A stretch of 64,000 bases of DNA from Stegostoma tigrinum (Eukaryota). Positions within the stretch are counted from its first letter, which is position 1. Each line of letters begins with the position of its first letter. The stretch covers positions 9,896,035 to 9,960,034 of the forward strand of contig NC_081369.1 of assembly GCF_030684315.1 (NCBI RefSeq), in the 5' to 3' direction. A program made the translations under genes and the position numbers. Positions 26,183-39,645 of this stretch are shown piece by piece. The notes beneath the pieces are model-generated. The model had not been told where the DNA came from, did no database searches, and saw only the letters and a program-made list of their open reading frames with translations.

Positions 26183-26279
26183 GTAAGAACTTCAGTTATT
26201 TCATTGAATATTTTTAGCTGCCCAGACCGAATGATCCTTCTTTAAAGACATACAGAGTAGATGAATTATGATTTGTTTT

Positions 26280-26635
26280 ATTATTCATTAAGAAGATAAG
26301 GGTGTCCTATGCTAGGCAGTGTTTATTGCCCATCCCTAATTGCCCAGAGCGCAGCTAAGAGTCAACCACATTGCTGTGGGTCTGGAGTCACATGTAGGCC
26401 AGACCAGGTAAGGATGGCTTTTTCTTTCCTTGAAGTGCATTAGTGAACCAGATAGGTTTTATCGACAATCGGCAATGGATTCATGGTCATCGTTAGACTC
26501 TTAATTCCAGACATTTTTATTAAATTCAAATTCCACCCTATGTCATGGTGGAATTCAAACCTGGGTCCCTGGAATGTTATCCAGGTCTCTGGATTAGCAG
26601 TCCAACGATAATACCACTAGGTCATCACTTCCCCA
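26280..26635 (-). mobile_element. tRNA-derived SINE
   Basis: Minus-strand head ggggaagtgatgacctagtggta… with A-box-like and ggtttgaattcc B-box-like motifs. Body shared with 655-780 and 54105-54210. Confidence 0.75.
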
Positions 26636-27626
26636 GATTTACTGTAGAGGAATAGCGCGCATTTTTCTACATCTTTAAAGCATAAAGTTGATATCACAAG
26701 CAGTTATGCGATTCGCAGTTCAACATGACAATATGAAGTACATTTATTTCATCCATTCGTTCGAATTATTTACCGGATTTTTACACGACCCCCCGGTTCT
26801 AACAGTCACAGTGCGAGTGTATTCACTTTGCAGTGATCTCAGGGTAGCCAACTTGTTTCATTTTACTCCCAGAATTTAACTCCAATGTAATCCTAACAAG
26901 ACTGTCAACTCATAGTCTCACAAGAGGAAACATCTGCTCTGTTGTGAATAGCACAAGGAGGGTTTGCAAAGATATTGTACACCATACTGATCTGTAACTC
27001 TTGGTAATGCAGGTCACTGGTGTTTCTTGTCCACTTCGTAATTAATTCCAACAAGCATATATGAATTAGAAGCAGAAGTAGACAATTCTAGCCCTCCATT
27101 CTCCCCATCAATTAGTAAAGTTATTGTTGATAAGTTAGTGTTTTGAATTCCACATTCCCAACTATCCCGAGCAACCTTACCTTCCCCTTGTCTAAAAGGA
27201 ATCTTGGTATTTCTGCCTTTAAAATGTTCAATCATACCACCGTCACCATCTACTGGAGTAGAGAGTTTCAAACTGGCACAATGCCCTGAGACAAAAAAGA
27301 AGCCTCTTTATCTCTGTCCATAAAGGAAACTCTCTTAATGATAACCTGTGCCTGGATGCACCCACAAGAGAAAACATTCATTCTATTTCCAGCTTGTCAG
27401 AAAGGTTCAACATCTCATACGCTGCAATCAAGTCACCCCTCACTTTTCCAAACTGCAGCAGAAAGAACAATACCCTACCAAACTTAACTTCACAAGACAA
27501 TCCGCTCATTCCAGGTGTCAATCCAATTAACCTCCCCTGAATCAGCTCCAACATGGTCATATATTTATTGTTATATCTGTGTTTTTATAGTTTACGTTCA
27601 ATATAGGTTTTCTTTCTTTACTTTAG

Positions 27627-27670
27627 GTGTTAGGAGACGTTCTGTGAAAGTGGATGAAGCTCAACAGCCG
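27627..27670 (+). CDS. IgSF VJ-C1 receptor gene, exon 5: cytoplasmic (GVRRRSVKVDEAQQP)
   Basis: Strong acceptor ttttctttctttactttag and ccg|gtaagg donor. Open in frame after the TM exon. Confidence 0.7.
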
Positions 27671-28299
27671 GTAAGGTGACAACGTTTCTTCATATAAGAC
27701 CAGTTAGGAGGGAATAGCGTTAAGTATTGCAATAAACTGAGAAAATGAATTGAATCATAGACTGGAGAAAGCTATTACGGCTGTGAAGATGATTGAAAAC
27801 AACTATTTAATCAGCCCAGTTGCTCGATTATTATGTTTAGCCCCGTGTTTCTGTGAGCTTTAATTACATCTCTCCTTCCTTACTTTTAATTTTCAGTGAC
27901 TCTGCTTCTGCCAGATATTGAGGACGAGCACTTTTAAGTACAGCAGATGTTTGCACAAAATAAATTCTCATCTTCCCTTGATTATTCTGTCAGTGATTAT
28001 AAATGTTTCTTCTAAATACTTACAGATGCGCAGTTGAAAACGTAGTTTACTTGCTTATTTTACAGAAACCTCTCATTGTTTTAACATAACTCACGCCTTG
28101 CCCTTCTCTACCCTGTGCAAAACAACCATAAATTGTCAACTCTACCCAGGGTAACTGAAATTCGTTATTCCCGGTGCCAACATATCCAACTGCATCTGCA
28201 CAGTCAGGGCTATTGCTTTCTTCCTGCTTATGGAGTTTGAATGAGGTAAACTCAGCACCTACTTCTTTGAACTGCATATGGTTTAAACAATATATACAT

Positions 28300-31200
28300 A
28301 ATCAAAGCACTTTGTTGTACTTTGGTGATTAACTAGGACCGGCCTTCGGGTAGACAAATTTAAAAGAAGAGACTTCAGATTCCGAACCTTTATGATTCAG
28401 ACTCGGGTAGAAAAACAAGTAGGAGATTCCCTAATTTGAAATACTCAAACAGTACAACCTGGGAAATTATTATCATCTTCGACAGCTGACACTGGGAACT
28501 CGATATGCTGCGATGTATGTCTAGCTTCAAGGTTAAAGACATCTTCTCATGACTGAGAAGGGACCTGGAGTGGGAGGGGAGAAACTAAGTGTCATGGGAG
28601 TCAATGACATAGGTTCAGCAAGGAATGGTCTTCCACTGATAGAGTTTTAGAAGTAAATGCCCAAATTAAAAGTGGCGAAAGTATTTGGTAATAATTGCTT
28701 GCTTGTTACCTGAGCGATGTGGAATAGAATACAGCAGATTAGAGACTTCAACACATGCCTCAAATTATGTTGTTGGAAGAAAAATTATTGATTACTTGGC
28801 AAGCCGGAAACTATTTCATTTACGTGGGCACTATTTAAACTCAACGGGACATTTGTAAAATGGGAGCTGTAGTCAGGTATTAAATGGTGGAGAGGGAATA
28901 TAGTGAAGCAAGAATTAAGATTTCGAAGAGATGGAATAAGACATCAAAACAATAGAACAATATAGTGATGTAGGCTAAAAAAAACAAAATTGGATTGTGG
29001 GTTGAACATTATTTATGCATCTCCGAACAAAGTCAATGGAATAACGCGAAGTAAGGTAATAGTAAAATTAAAAATTCCTTTCTTCTAAATGCCAGAAGCA
29101 TCTACAAGATAATAGCTCCGTTACTTAAACAAACATAGGTATTTTAAATAAGATAACAAAGTGTGAAGCTGGATGAACACAGCAGGCCAAGCAGCATCTC
29201 AGGAGCACAAAAGCTGACGTTTTGGGACTAGACCCTTCATCAGAGAGGGGGATGGGGAGAGGATTCTGAAATAAATAGGGAGAGAGGGGAGGCGGACCAA
29301 AGATAGAGAGAAAAGAAGATAGATGGAGAGGAGAGTATGGGTGGGGAGGTAGGGAGGGGATAGGCCAGTCCAGGGAGGATGGACAGGTCAAGGAGGCGGG
29401 ATGAGGTTAGTAGGTAGGAAATGGAGGTGCGGTTTGAGGTGGGAGGAGGGTATAGGTAGAGGAAGAACAGGTTACGGGGGCGGGGACAAGCTGGGCTGGT
29501 TTTGGGATGCAGTGGGGGGAGGGGAGATTTTGAAGCTGGTGAAGTCCACATTGATACCATTGGGCTGCAGCGTTCCCAAGCGGAATATGAGTTGCTGTTC
29601 CTGCAACCTTCCAGTGGCATCATTGTGGCACTGCAGGAGGCCCATGATGGACATGTCATCTAAGGAGTGGGAGGGGGAGTTAAAATGGTTCGCGACTGGG
29701 AGGTGCAGTTGTTTAAAATAGTTTTGATTTGACCACTACTAGTGAGACATCATTAAAAGCTAACTATGGTTGGGAACAAATGATCCAGTGTTCACACTTT
29801 TGAAACGTAATTAAGAACTGTAAAAGAGTTGGGTGGATCTGATAATAAGGAATGGTACAACAACATAGATGAGAAAATTAGAAAACAGAATCATTCCCCT
29901 TGATAAATGAAAATATAAGGGGTCAGCAGGTGATAGCGGGAACAGTTTGTAGGACCCATGAAAGTAAACTATAAACCAAGCATCGAATTAAACCTTTGGA
30001 GCTTGTCACAAAGGAAATGTATTATTCATAGGTTAGTTTAATCTTCAATAAGCTGTCTCAGTTGAATTGGTCAGGATGATCTGGAAGCGAAGTTTTTATT
30101 TTTACTTGTGACAGTTTCATATAGCAATGCATTTCACAACTATCTCTGAATGAAGTTATCGTGGATTTAAGGATGCAGAAGTATTAATTAGTAACATCAT
30201 AGTATAAGTTCTGTTGAGAAATAGTGTTCACAAAACCATTGAATCCCGTCCTAGGTTTCAAAGTAGCAATCATGAACAAGAATCATGGTCTGAACCAAAT
30301 CAATTAAATCAGGATGTGATGGAAGTAGGTAGATTATATAAATAAACTAAAATTATTCTAAAAAATAAAGGGACAGTGGAAGAGATTTAAAGACACTGTT
30401 CCAAATATCCAAAAGAATTCAATTCGTGGAATAATTAAAAAAAACCTCAGCAAGAAACATCACACATAGGTCACTCAGGAAGTTAAATATGGTTTTAGAC
30501 TTTGAAAACAGCGTTTATTTAGCGAAGAATGGAAATGAGATTGAGAACTGGGTGTAACTCAAGAACTACCAAGGAGGCATTGAAAAGTTGATAAAATTTA
30601 AAAAAAGTAAAAGGCTAAAAATATTACAGCAGCTCGCAACAACCTTATTAAGTAAGCAGAAATAAAGAAACTTGATAAGAAAACATTGGTACTGCAGAAG
30701 CAGAGATGACAGACATTTACTCATGGAATGAAGAAATCTACGAATGAAGAATGCGATCTACGATCTGACAAGGTTTCCTATTTGCTAAAACATTCACATC
30801 AGATTGGGAACGACAAGATATAAGCCCACTTTAAAGGAAAAATAAAAGAAAACAGAGAACTGCAGGGCAGTCAGCTTCACATCATTCCTTATCAAAATTC
30901 TGCAATATTAACAGTATAAACATTGCAGTTAGAAATGTGTAGTGCAATTAGAATAACCAGCATAGCTTGACAAAAAAGAAATCATGTTTGACAAATATGT
31001 TACAGTGTTTGGAGAACTTATCTTGCAAGGTAGATAAAAGGGAACTTACAAGCATAAAGTACAGGGATTTCCAAAAAGGCATTCACAATTCAAGGAACGC
31101 AGAGGACTGATGGAGTTGAGGGTAGTAGATTAACACCGAGAGTGGATTGTTTAACAGACATGAAGCAGAGAGAGTTTGCATAAGTATTTCCAAATTGGAG

Positions 31201-32000
31201 GCTGTCATTACTGTATGCCAGGTTCTGGGATACTAAGAATCTATTTAAATGATTTAGTTATGAGGCAGAGAGTAAGGTATTTACATTTACTGATGATATA
31301 ATACGAAATGAAAAGGTACATTAATAGATGAAAGGCTCTTCGGTTGAATGTAGCTCTCAAAAATAACAATCTTGATGACTTGATTATATGAATGCAAAGA
31401 AACAGCTATGATGTGATAGACATTGTAGAGATGTGGTTGCAAGGTAACCAAGAATGGATATTGAAAGTTACAGGGTGTGTGACATTACAATCGGATCTCA
31501 TCAAATCAAAATGATATGTGCTTTCCCTGTTAATAAATGAGTGATCAGTACGTTAATGAGAAATTCCTTTTTTCATCTGAAAATAAATATGCAAAAATTG
31601 TGTAAGAGGAGTTAAGAAACAGCAAGGAGAAGAAATGATGAGTGGAAGTGTTTATATGGCACACAATGAGCAACTACTTTTAAAGAACTCAAAAAAGAAA
31701 TCAGTGAATAGTCAATAAAATAACGAGTACAAAAGCTGTATGTCATTTTATTCGTAATAGAGAACAGACAGATCAAATTGGCAGTTGTAAATGCTGATGC
31801 TCAGAGTGACGTGAGTGCACCCATCCAAGCAACACAGAAATCCAGCATGCAGATACAGAAAGCTGCTAGAAAGGTTAATAAAGCGTTCAATTGTACTCTG
31901 ATAAGCTTAGAACAAAAGAAATAAAGAAATCTTGCTTCAGCTGTGCCAGGATTTGGTGAGACAATTTCTGAAAATTGAGTGCTCTTAGTTTTCAACTTTA
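28300..32000 (+). mobile_element. Highly decayed CR1-like LINE remnants
   Basis: Scattered ORF2 motifs, e.g. ggcagtcagcttcacatca, ccagcatagcttg..aaatcatgtttgacaaat, gatttccaaaaaggcattc, tttactgatgata. Confidence 0.5.
29151..29712 (-). mobile_element. Penelope-like 3' fragment (young subfamily)
   Basis: MSIMGLLQCHNDATGRLQEQQLIFRLGTLQPNGINVDF; near-identical to 16910-17530. Confidence 0.92.
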
Positions 32001-32170
32001 AGGAAGGATAAAACAAAAGAAAGAAATTGCTGGAGAGACATTTATGAAGAAGGTCCACAGATGCTTCCAGACCTGCTTGAATTCTCCACCAATTTTTTTT
32101 TCTGGTTTCCAGCATCTGTATTTCATTTTTTTAAAGTAGCATGTTTATATATTGGAGACTGAACATAAGA

Positions 32171-32967
32171 ACATCTGCCAATGTGGTATACTGTATCCAT
32201 CATACCCGGTGTGGCTTCCTCTACATTGGGGAGACCAAGCGGAGGCTTGGGGGCTGCTTTGCAGAACACCACCGCTCGGTTCGCAATACACAACTGCACC
32301 TCCCAGTCGCGAACCATTTCAACACCCCCTCCCATTCTTTAGATGACATGTCCATCATGGGCCTCCTGCAAAGCCACAACAATGCTACCCGAAGGTTGCA
32401 GGAACAGCAACTCATATTCCGCTTGGGAACCCTGCAGCCCAATGGGATTAATGTGGACTTCACCAGCTTCAAAATCTCCCCTTCCCCCACCGCATCCCAA
32501 AACCAGCTCAGTTCGTCCCCTCCCCCCACTGCACCACACAACCAGCCCAGCTCTTCCCCTCCCCTCACTGCATCCCAAAACCACCCCAGCCTGTCTCTGC
32601 CTCCCTAACCTGTTCTTCCTCTCACCCATCCCTTCCTCCCATCCCAAGCCGCACCTCCATTTCCTACCTACTAACCTCATCCCACCTCCTTGACCTGTCC
32701 GTCTTCCCTGGACTGACCTATCCCCTCCCTACCTCCCCACGCATACTCTCCTCTCCACCTATCTTCTTTTCTCGCCATCTTTGGTCCACCTCCCCCTCCC
32801 TCCCTATTTATTCCAGAACCCTCACCCCATCCCCCTCTGTGATGAAGGGTCTAAGCCCAAAACGTCAGCTTTTGTGCTCCTGAGATGCTGCTTGGCCTGC
32901 TGTGTTCATCCAGCTTCACACTTTATTATCTTGGATTCTCCAGCATCTGCAGTTCCCATTATCACTG
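32171..32967 (+). mobile_element. Penelope-like 3' fragment (GIY-YIG region) inserted at the tail of a CR1
   Basis: TSANVVYCIHHTRCGFLYIGET…; ataagaac repeated on both sides. Confidence 0.92.
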
Positions 32968-33350
32968 ATAAGAACATAAGAACTAGGAGCAGGAGTAGGC
33001 TAGCTGGCCCCTCCAGCCTGCCCCACCCTTCAATAAGATCATGGCTGATTTTTTTGAGACTCAGCTCCACTTACCCATCCGCTCACCATAACACTTAATT
33101 CCTTTACTGTTCAAAAATGTATCTAGACTTGCCTTAAAAACATTCAGCAAGGTAGCTTCAACTGCTTCACTGGGCAGGGAATTCCACAGATTTACAAGCC
33201 TTTGGGTGAAGAATTTCCTCCTGACCTCAGTCCTACATCTGCTTGCCTTTATTTTGAAGCTATGCCCCCAGCCCCAGTTTCAGCTGCTAGTGGAAACAAC
33301 CTCCCTGCCTTCACCTTATATATTCCCTTCATAACCTTATATGTTTTTTT
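32968..33350 (-). mobile_element. CR1 3'-end fragment
   Basis: (ataagaac)n tail followed by taggagcaggagtaggc..caataagatcatggctgat…gaattccacagattt, the reverse of a CR1 3' end. Confidence 0.8.
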
Positions 33351-35849
33351 CAAAGATATTCCCTCTGCACTGACTGCACTGTGAAACTTCAGTAGATTTG
33401 TCCCTGAGATACGGTGGATGTCCAATGAAGACAGGCTGATAAATTTAGCATTTATTCTCTGATGTTAATAAAGAATGCACACTATCTGACTTGAGAAGCC
33501 GTTCATAGTATGTTTCTCAGTTTTGAAGAACAAGACTTTGCGGAACAGAATAAATTAGTACAAGTTTTTGTTGAATGAGAAAAGTTGTTCGATAATGTTT
33601 CTACAAAAGCAAGGGGGAAGTGATAATAACATAAAGAATATTCACATTCAGATTGTAAATGAAACTCTTGGGTACAAAACTTGTGTTTGAAACTTAAACA
33701 AAAGACAATGGCAAAGATGCAAACGCAGAATTTGCTAAATTGAACTGGGAAGTTACTTCGAAAGGAAAGAGCATGTAAAGCAGTGCTACACGTTTAAACT
33801 TTCAATACAGATATCTTCCATTGAAAATAAAAGTTTCTACAAGCAGTATGGACAAGCTGCAGCTAAGTAAAGACATTAACAGGTCCAGCTGAAATTTTTC
33901 TACCTGCTATGACATTTAACATTATCCTGCTCCTTGAAATAGGTAAAAACAGCAAACAAATGCATTCATGTTAGTATTCAACCAGAACACCAAAACAATA
34001 TAAAGAGGAACATGCTCGATACAGATAGATCAAAACCAATAATGTGCACCTTTAAGTGAAATATATTTTAGATGTTGTACGTGAATGACGGTGGAATTGG
34101 AATGCAGTATCAAATTGACAAATTTGCTGAGGAAGTCAAATTTGGAGTGGCAAAGAGAAGACGATGTTAATGGATTATAGGCTAGTGAGTGGCGGGTCTA
34201 ATTTCATAATGTGGAGATAAATTGTCAAGGACAGGTAAGAAGAAGCAAAACAGTCTTATAGGAACCATACTGAAGAGTGTGAAAGAAGAGTGGGACACGG
34301 AAGGCGCTTGTGAAATAATCATTGAATGTAGGTGGAAATAATAAGAGTTTGGTTGTCAAACCTTGTGTTGTCTTTAAATTCATAAATGCAGACATTGGGT
34401 ACTAAAGTAGGGAATGAATGTTGACCATTTGGAGATCTGGAATACTGGACAACGAGAATACTGAACATCATTGTGGTCATCACCATTTAGGACATGTGGG
34501 TTCTTGAGGGAATGGATATGAACAAATGAATATCCTTTATTTTCACATGCATTCAACATAAAATACAGTGAAGCGTATGTATCGTGGCTCATACATAAGC
34601 CCTATACACAGCATAAAATAGAAGAAGATAACTTAAAGAGAGTCCAACTTTTCGTTCGCCATTGCAACAGCATACCGCTGCCTGAATCCTGCTCCTGTCT
34701 TCCCAGCCGATACCATCCTGCAGCAAGTGTCACGTTCTAGACTTCCAAGCCCATGCCTGGCCATCAATAATGGCTCACTCCACACAGAAGCAAGACTCTC
34801 ACTCTAGGCTTCACAGGCCAACTGATCATGTCTGCAGCCAGGCTGACTCTGAAAATGTTGTGTCTGTTCGAAAGCCCATTGAAGCAGCGTCCTGCCAAAG
34901 AGCTGTCTTTAACAAAAAAAAACTTGAGGAAAAAATAAGGGATAGAAGTAAAAAAAACACGCAAAAAATGCAAATGAGCAGGACAAGCCTTGGCATAGGA
35001 GCACAAATACTGCTTCCTCTGCTGCCGTAGTCATGAATTGAGGCATATAAGGTTGTTTCTCGAGATCAGAGAGATTAGATACATGATTCAGTTGGAAAAT
35101 CTGTCGCTGTTTGCCTTGATGAAAAGACTGAGTATATTGTGTTGATGCTGCCATTTTAAGAAATTATCTTGTTCATTTTTTGAAGGCATGTTGTGAAGGC
35201 AGAAACACAGAACTGACTACTAAAGATAGCTTACGCAAATGGTTGAGAAGACCTTAGGTCTTTTTTGACAGCCTGAATGTATGTGGTTAGCTATCACACA
35301 TGAGGATTTCTGGGTTTTTATTCTTTTCAGCAGTCAGAAGCTGTTTCCAGTCCCAGAAGAACTGGGGGGTTTGTGAATAATTCCCAGCTGTTACTTTCTC
35401 CAGAATTTCTCTTGATGTTTTTCACCACCTGTATTGTAGAACTGAATGTAATAATCTGTACCTGAACTTGCTTTTGCCGAGGGGTGTGTTTGCAGGATGT
35501 CAGTACATTGGAACAGTTAATTAAATTTTGTAACTATTATTCAATTAAGATTTCAATAGTGTTCAAATAAATTGTTTCACAATACTGAGTAGTTTGACAA
35601 CTCGTATCACATCCCGGACGTGCTGTTTTTGTCTACCTCTGAAATAAGAAAAGGTTACGGCCTGGTATACCCTGCTGAAATATTTTGAGGGGTTCTGGTC
35701 TGGTGCATAACAATTCATCCGGAATCAAAATCAAAAATTCCAAGTTGGGTTTAGGATTGTTGTATTCAAAGGCGGCAAGTGGTAGGCATTAGTGTATTTT
35801 GTTTCAAATGTTGAATTCATTTGGTTTAAACAGGTTGTGCTTTGTGTGG

Positions 35850-36520
35850 TAATGGCTTTTTGGACATTAAGTGCTCTCTGTGGGTGAAAGAAATGACTTA
35901 GGGAGTTTTACGAAACGTGAACAAGACAAAGCTTGGCCAACAAACTGGAGTTGGTGCTGCCTTCGTCTGTGAGAAAATGAGAGGTAATTGCAGCAATAGC
36001 TCAAAATTTAGAACTGCTGGAAATGCCATCAGAATCTTTGGAAAAGACTAGAGTTCAATTATGGAAACATGAAAAGGAACCCAATAAGTCTGAGATATGA
36101 TGAAAAGCCGGGGAAAAGAGAAAGAGAGAAATTAAACTTTTGAAGTTGGCAATTAGAAACAAAAATTGACTTAAAAGGCCGGAGTTGGCGGCAGAAGTTA
36201 GGCGTAGTGAGGAGAGTAGTGAAGCTGAGCATAACAAAAGGCCAGGTGGGGATCCATTTAAATATGTCCAAACTTGCCCAAATTCGACGAGAAGAATGTA
36301 GAAGCTTTTCTTAAATTTCATTTTAGAAAGTGGCTAATCAAATGATTTGGCCTGTGACCATGTGAATTGTTATTCCAAGCAAATTTGGTAGGTAAAGTCA
36401 GTGAGGAAATTGCATCACTATCAGAAGAGATATTTGGGGATTATTCTGAGGTGAAGAAAATCATCTTAAGTGCATATGAACTAGTGCCAGAAGCCTACAG
36501 GCAATGGTTCAAGAAAGGAA
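35850..36520 (+). mobile_element. Decayed Gypsy-type LTR retrotransposon gag fragment
   Basis: LPKFDEKNVEAF…, then LFQANLVGKVSEEIASLSEE..DYSEVKKIILSAYELVPEAYRQWF, a motif typical of vertebrate Gypsy gag. Confidence 0.75.
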
Positions 36521-36823
36521 CTATTGGAAAACCTATCCCAACAATACCAGTAATATCTAATCACTTATCCCAAATATACTAATCCACCATTCAATTTTGT
36601 AACATGTCCATGTGGTGTTATATGTTTATTAGGAAAGGGGTTTGATTAATTCGACCAGGAAAAGCAAAGCAATAGTGGTATAATTCTAATTCTGTATGTA
36701 TATGATGATATCCCAAGGCATCTATGCATCTTGTCATTCTGGTGGGACAATTCATAGGTTTAAGGAACACACTTCAATTGGAAATAATGTATTAACGGTT
36801 GATATTAAACATTTCTTTCACAG

Positions 36824-36862
36824 ACAGAACAAAGTGGTGGAGACTACAAGCTGCCTTATTGA
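36824..36862 (+). CDS. Tentative terminal exon of the VJ-C1 receptor (TEQSGGDYKLPY*)
   Basis: atttctttcacag acceptor; phase 0 matches exon 5 and would give a 281-aa protein. No independent support. Confidence 0.35.
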   Translation, partial: TEQSGGDYKLPY

Positions 36863-38389
36863 AGTCTGCTGATTCTGAAAGAACATTAAAACAGACATAG
36901 CATGAAAGATATGAAGTATATTTATATGCTTTGCTGACAAGGAAAGAGAAAAAACTGAGAATCTAGAAAAAATAGTGTAGTATTGTAAATTATTTTTGGA
37001 TGAAAGCTGAGGATATCCAAACATTTACTTAAAATGGACATCCATCATTGTTTCATTTACTGCGCCACCAATGGAATGCTAATCTGATACATAACAAGAA
37101 ATCCATGTGCATGATGGAAAGTGAGAGTGAAATGTTAATTCCCAAGTTGAAAGTTCAGTGTAATATCTGTACACAGTAGATTCGCAAACACAGCTCTCCA
37201 ATTTACTGTGTAAGACTCTCTAAGTTTTTTGTTGCATATTCCAGACTAGTGTCTTCTCTCTTACATGACTTACACGAATATCATTCCAGCATATTTATCA
37301 CCAGTCAATGCGAGAAATATGAACATATCAAAGATAATGTCACATCCTGTAATGCTATAGTTGCACAAACCTCTACCTCTTACGGTGAAACATAGTTGCC
37401 AAGAAGAATTTTACCCTCTGTGAATGACTTTTCGCCTTGTCCATCTTGCGTAATGCTGGTATAAAAACACATGACATCTTACCCTGCTGCATAAGATATC
37501 AATGACGTCACATTGTTTAGTCTTCAGGGTGGGGTTATCACGACGTTTTAGGATGAAGTATTACGTTAATATAATTAATGTGAGCTTGTTTAGGTTTGCT
37601 CTTTGGGTTGTATCTGTGGCTCGATGCTTTTGGTTTAAAGATTAGGTTAATAGAATTAATGCATGTTTTTTTAGCATTGCAGTTAGCATTGCGTTTGGGG
37701 CACTTAGTTGAGCAATGTTATGATAATAGTTGATGACAGTACTGGATATACCAGATACCAGAGTGACACTTGGACTGATGAACCAAAAGTTGTTTTTTTT
37801 ATTTGGAGTTTCATAATTGTGGTGGTCAGCCACTGAACATACGAGATGTCCAAAGATATTATTTCAATTTAAAAAATGCAAGTTTATTACAGAAAACGAT
37901 CAAATCTAATATTTGTAAGGTAACTTAGATTGTTATTTACACAGACAAAAATGCTTAAAACCTGTTTCCAGCAATATTCATTACAGACACTTAATGCCAG
38001 GAAAATATTCTAATTTTAATGTCTATATTTCTTACTTAACTGAGAAAGTCTATTGCATTTCTTTCCGGTGACATTCAGCAGGTATGATTCTTCTCATTAC
38101 TGCCACTGCATTAGATGTTAAGATGCTGGCTGCATCTAACTAAATTTTAAGAAATGCCCTGGCTACTTCAAATCCAAAACAATTTAAGGCTTTATTTGGG
38201 CTGGCACGAACTGAGTTAAATAACTGGTTTTGCAGTTTGGACCGGCTCAAGCTGACTTAAGTGACTGGTTTTGTTCTGCAAGGAGACTGTCCTTCTTTCG
38301 AACTCAACCTGCTAAAAGACCATCAGTAATTGAGTTGTAAAACTCTTAAAGACAAAATACTTTTGATTCATATCAATTATAGTCTCTGC

Positions 38390-39645
38390 AGTATGGTTGG
38401 GTATTGAAGAGGTAACAAACAGGTTAGGCCAGAGAAACCCAGTAGATGTTAACTATCTCGACTTCCAAAAGGCCTTTGAAAAGGTGCCTCACGGGAGGCT
38501 GCTGGGTAAGGTTAGGGCCCATGGTGTTTGAGATGAGCTACTGACTTGCATTGAGAATTGGCTATCTGACAGAAGGCAGAGAGTAGTGATAAAAGGCTCC
38601 TTTTTGGAATGGCAACCAGTGCCAAGTGGTGTCCTGCAGGGTTCAGTGTTGGGGCCACAACTGTTCACCTTGTATATTAATGATCTGGATGAAGGGACTG
38701 GGGGCATTCTGGTGAAGTTTGCCGATGATACGAAGATAGGTGGACAGGCAGGTAGTACTGAGGAGTTGGGGAGGGTGCAGAAAGATTTAGACAGTTTAGG
38801 AGAGTGGTCCAGGAAATGGCTGATGAAATTCAACGTGAGCAAATGTGAGGTTTTGCACTTTGGAAAAAAGAATGCAGGCGTGGACTATTTAATAAATGAA
38901 GAGAAAATTCATAAAGCAGAAGTACAAAGGGATCTGGGAGTGTTGGTCCAGGATTCTCTAAAGGTTAACTTGCAGGTAGAGTCCGTGATTAAGAAAGCGA
39001 ATGTAATGTTGTCACTTATCTCAAGAGAGTGGAATATAAAAGCAGCGATGTGCTTCTGAGACTTTATAAGGATCTAGTTAGGCCCCAGTTAGAATACTGT
39101 GTCCAATTTTGGGCCCCACACCTCAGGAAGGACATACTGGCACTGGAGTGTGTCCAGCAGAGATTCACACGGATGATCCCTGGTATGCTCGGTTTAACAT
39201 ATGATGAATAGCTGAGGGTCCTAGGATTGTATCCATTAGCGTTTAGAAGGTTGAGGGGAGATCTGATAGAAACTCACAAGATAATGTATGGCTTTGAAAG
39301 GGTGGACGCTGGGAAGTTGTTTCCGTTAGACGGGGAGACTTGGACCCATGGGCACAGCCTTAGAATTAGAGGGGTTAAATTTAAAATAGAATTGAGGAGA
39401 CATTTCCTCAGCCAGAGAGTGGTGGACCTGTGCAATTCATTGCCACGGAGTGCAGTGGAGGCCAGGATGTTAAATGTCTTCAAGGCTGAGATCGACAAAT
39501 TCTTGATTTCAGAAGGAATCAAGGGCTACAGAGAGAGTTCAGGGAAGTGGAGTTGAAATGCCCATCAGCCATGATTAAATGGCGGAGTGGGCTCGATGGG
39601 CCAAATGGCCTTACGTCCACTCCTATATCTTAAGGTCTTATGGTA
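38390..39645 (+). mobile_element. 5'-truncated CR1 LINE (RT), inactivated
   Basis: YLDFQKAF, SGVLQGSVLGP, KFADDTK, MKFNVSKC, LEYCVQFWAP, RRLRGDLIE, with stops and frameshifts. Confidence 0.92.

Noticed and set aside
26560-26635. tRNA-like sequence
   Set aside because: It is the head of a SINE, continuous with the SINE body, and not a tRNA gene.
34770-35030. 86-aa ORF as a possible cytoplasmic exon
   Set aside because: No convincing in-frame splice context or recognisable motif.
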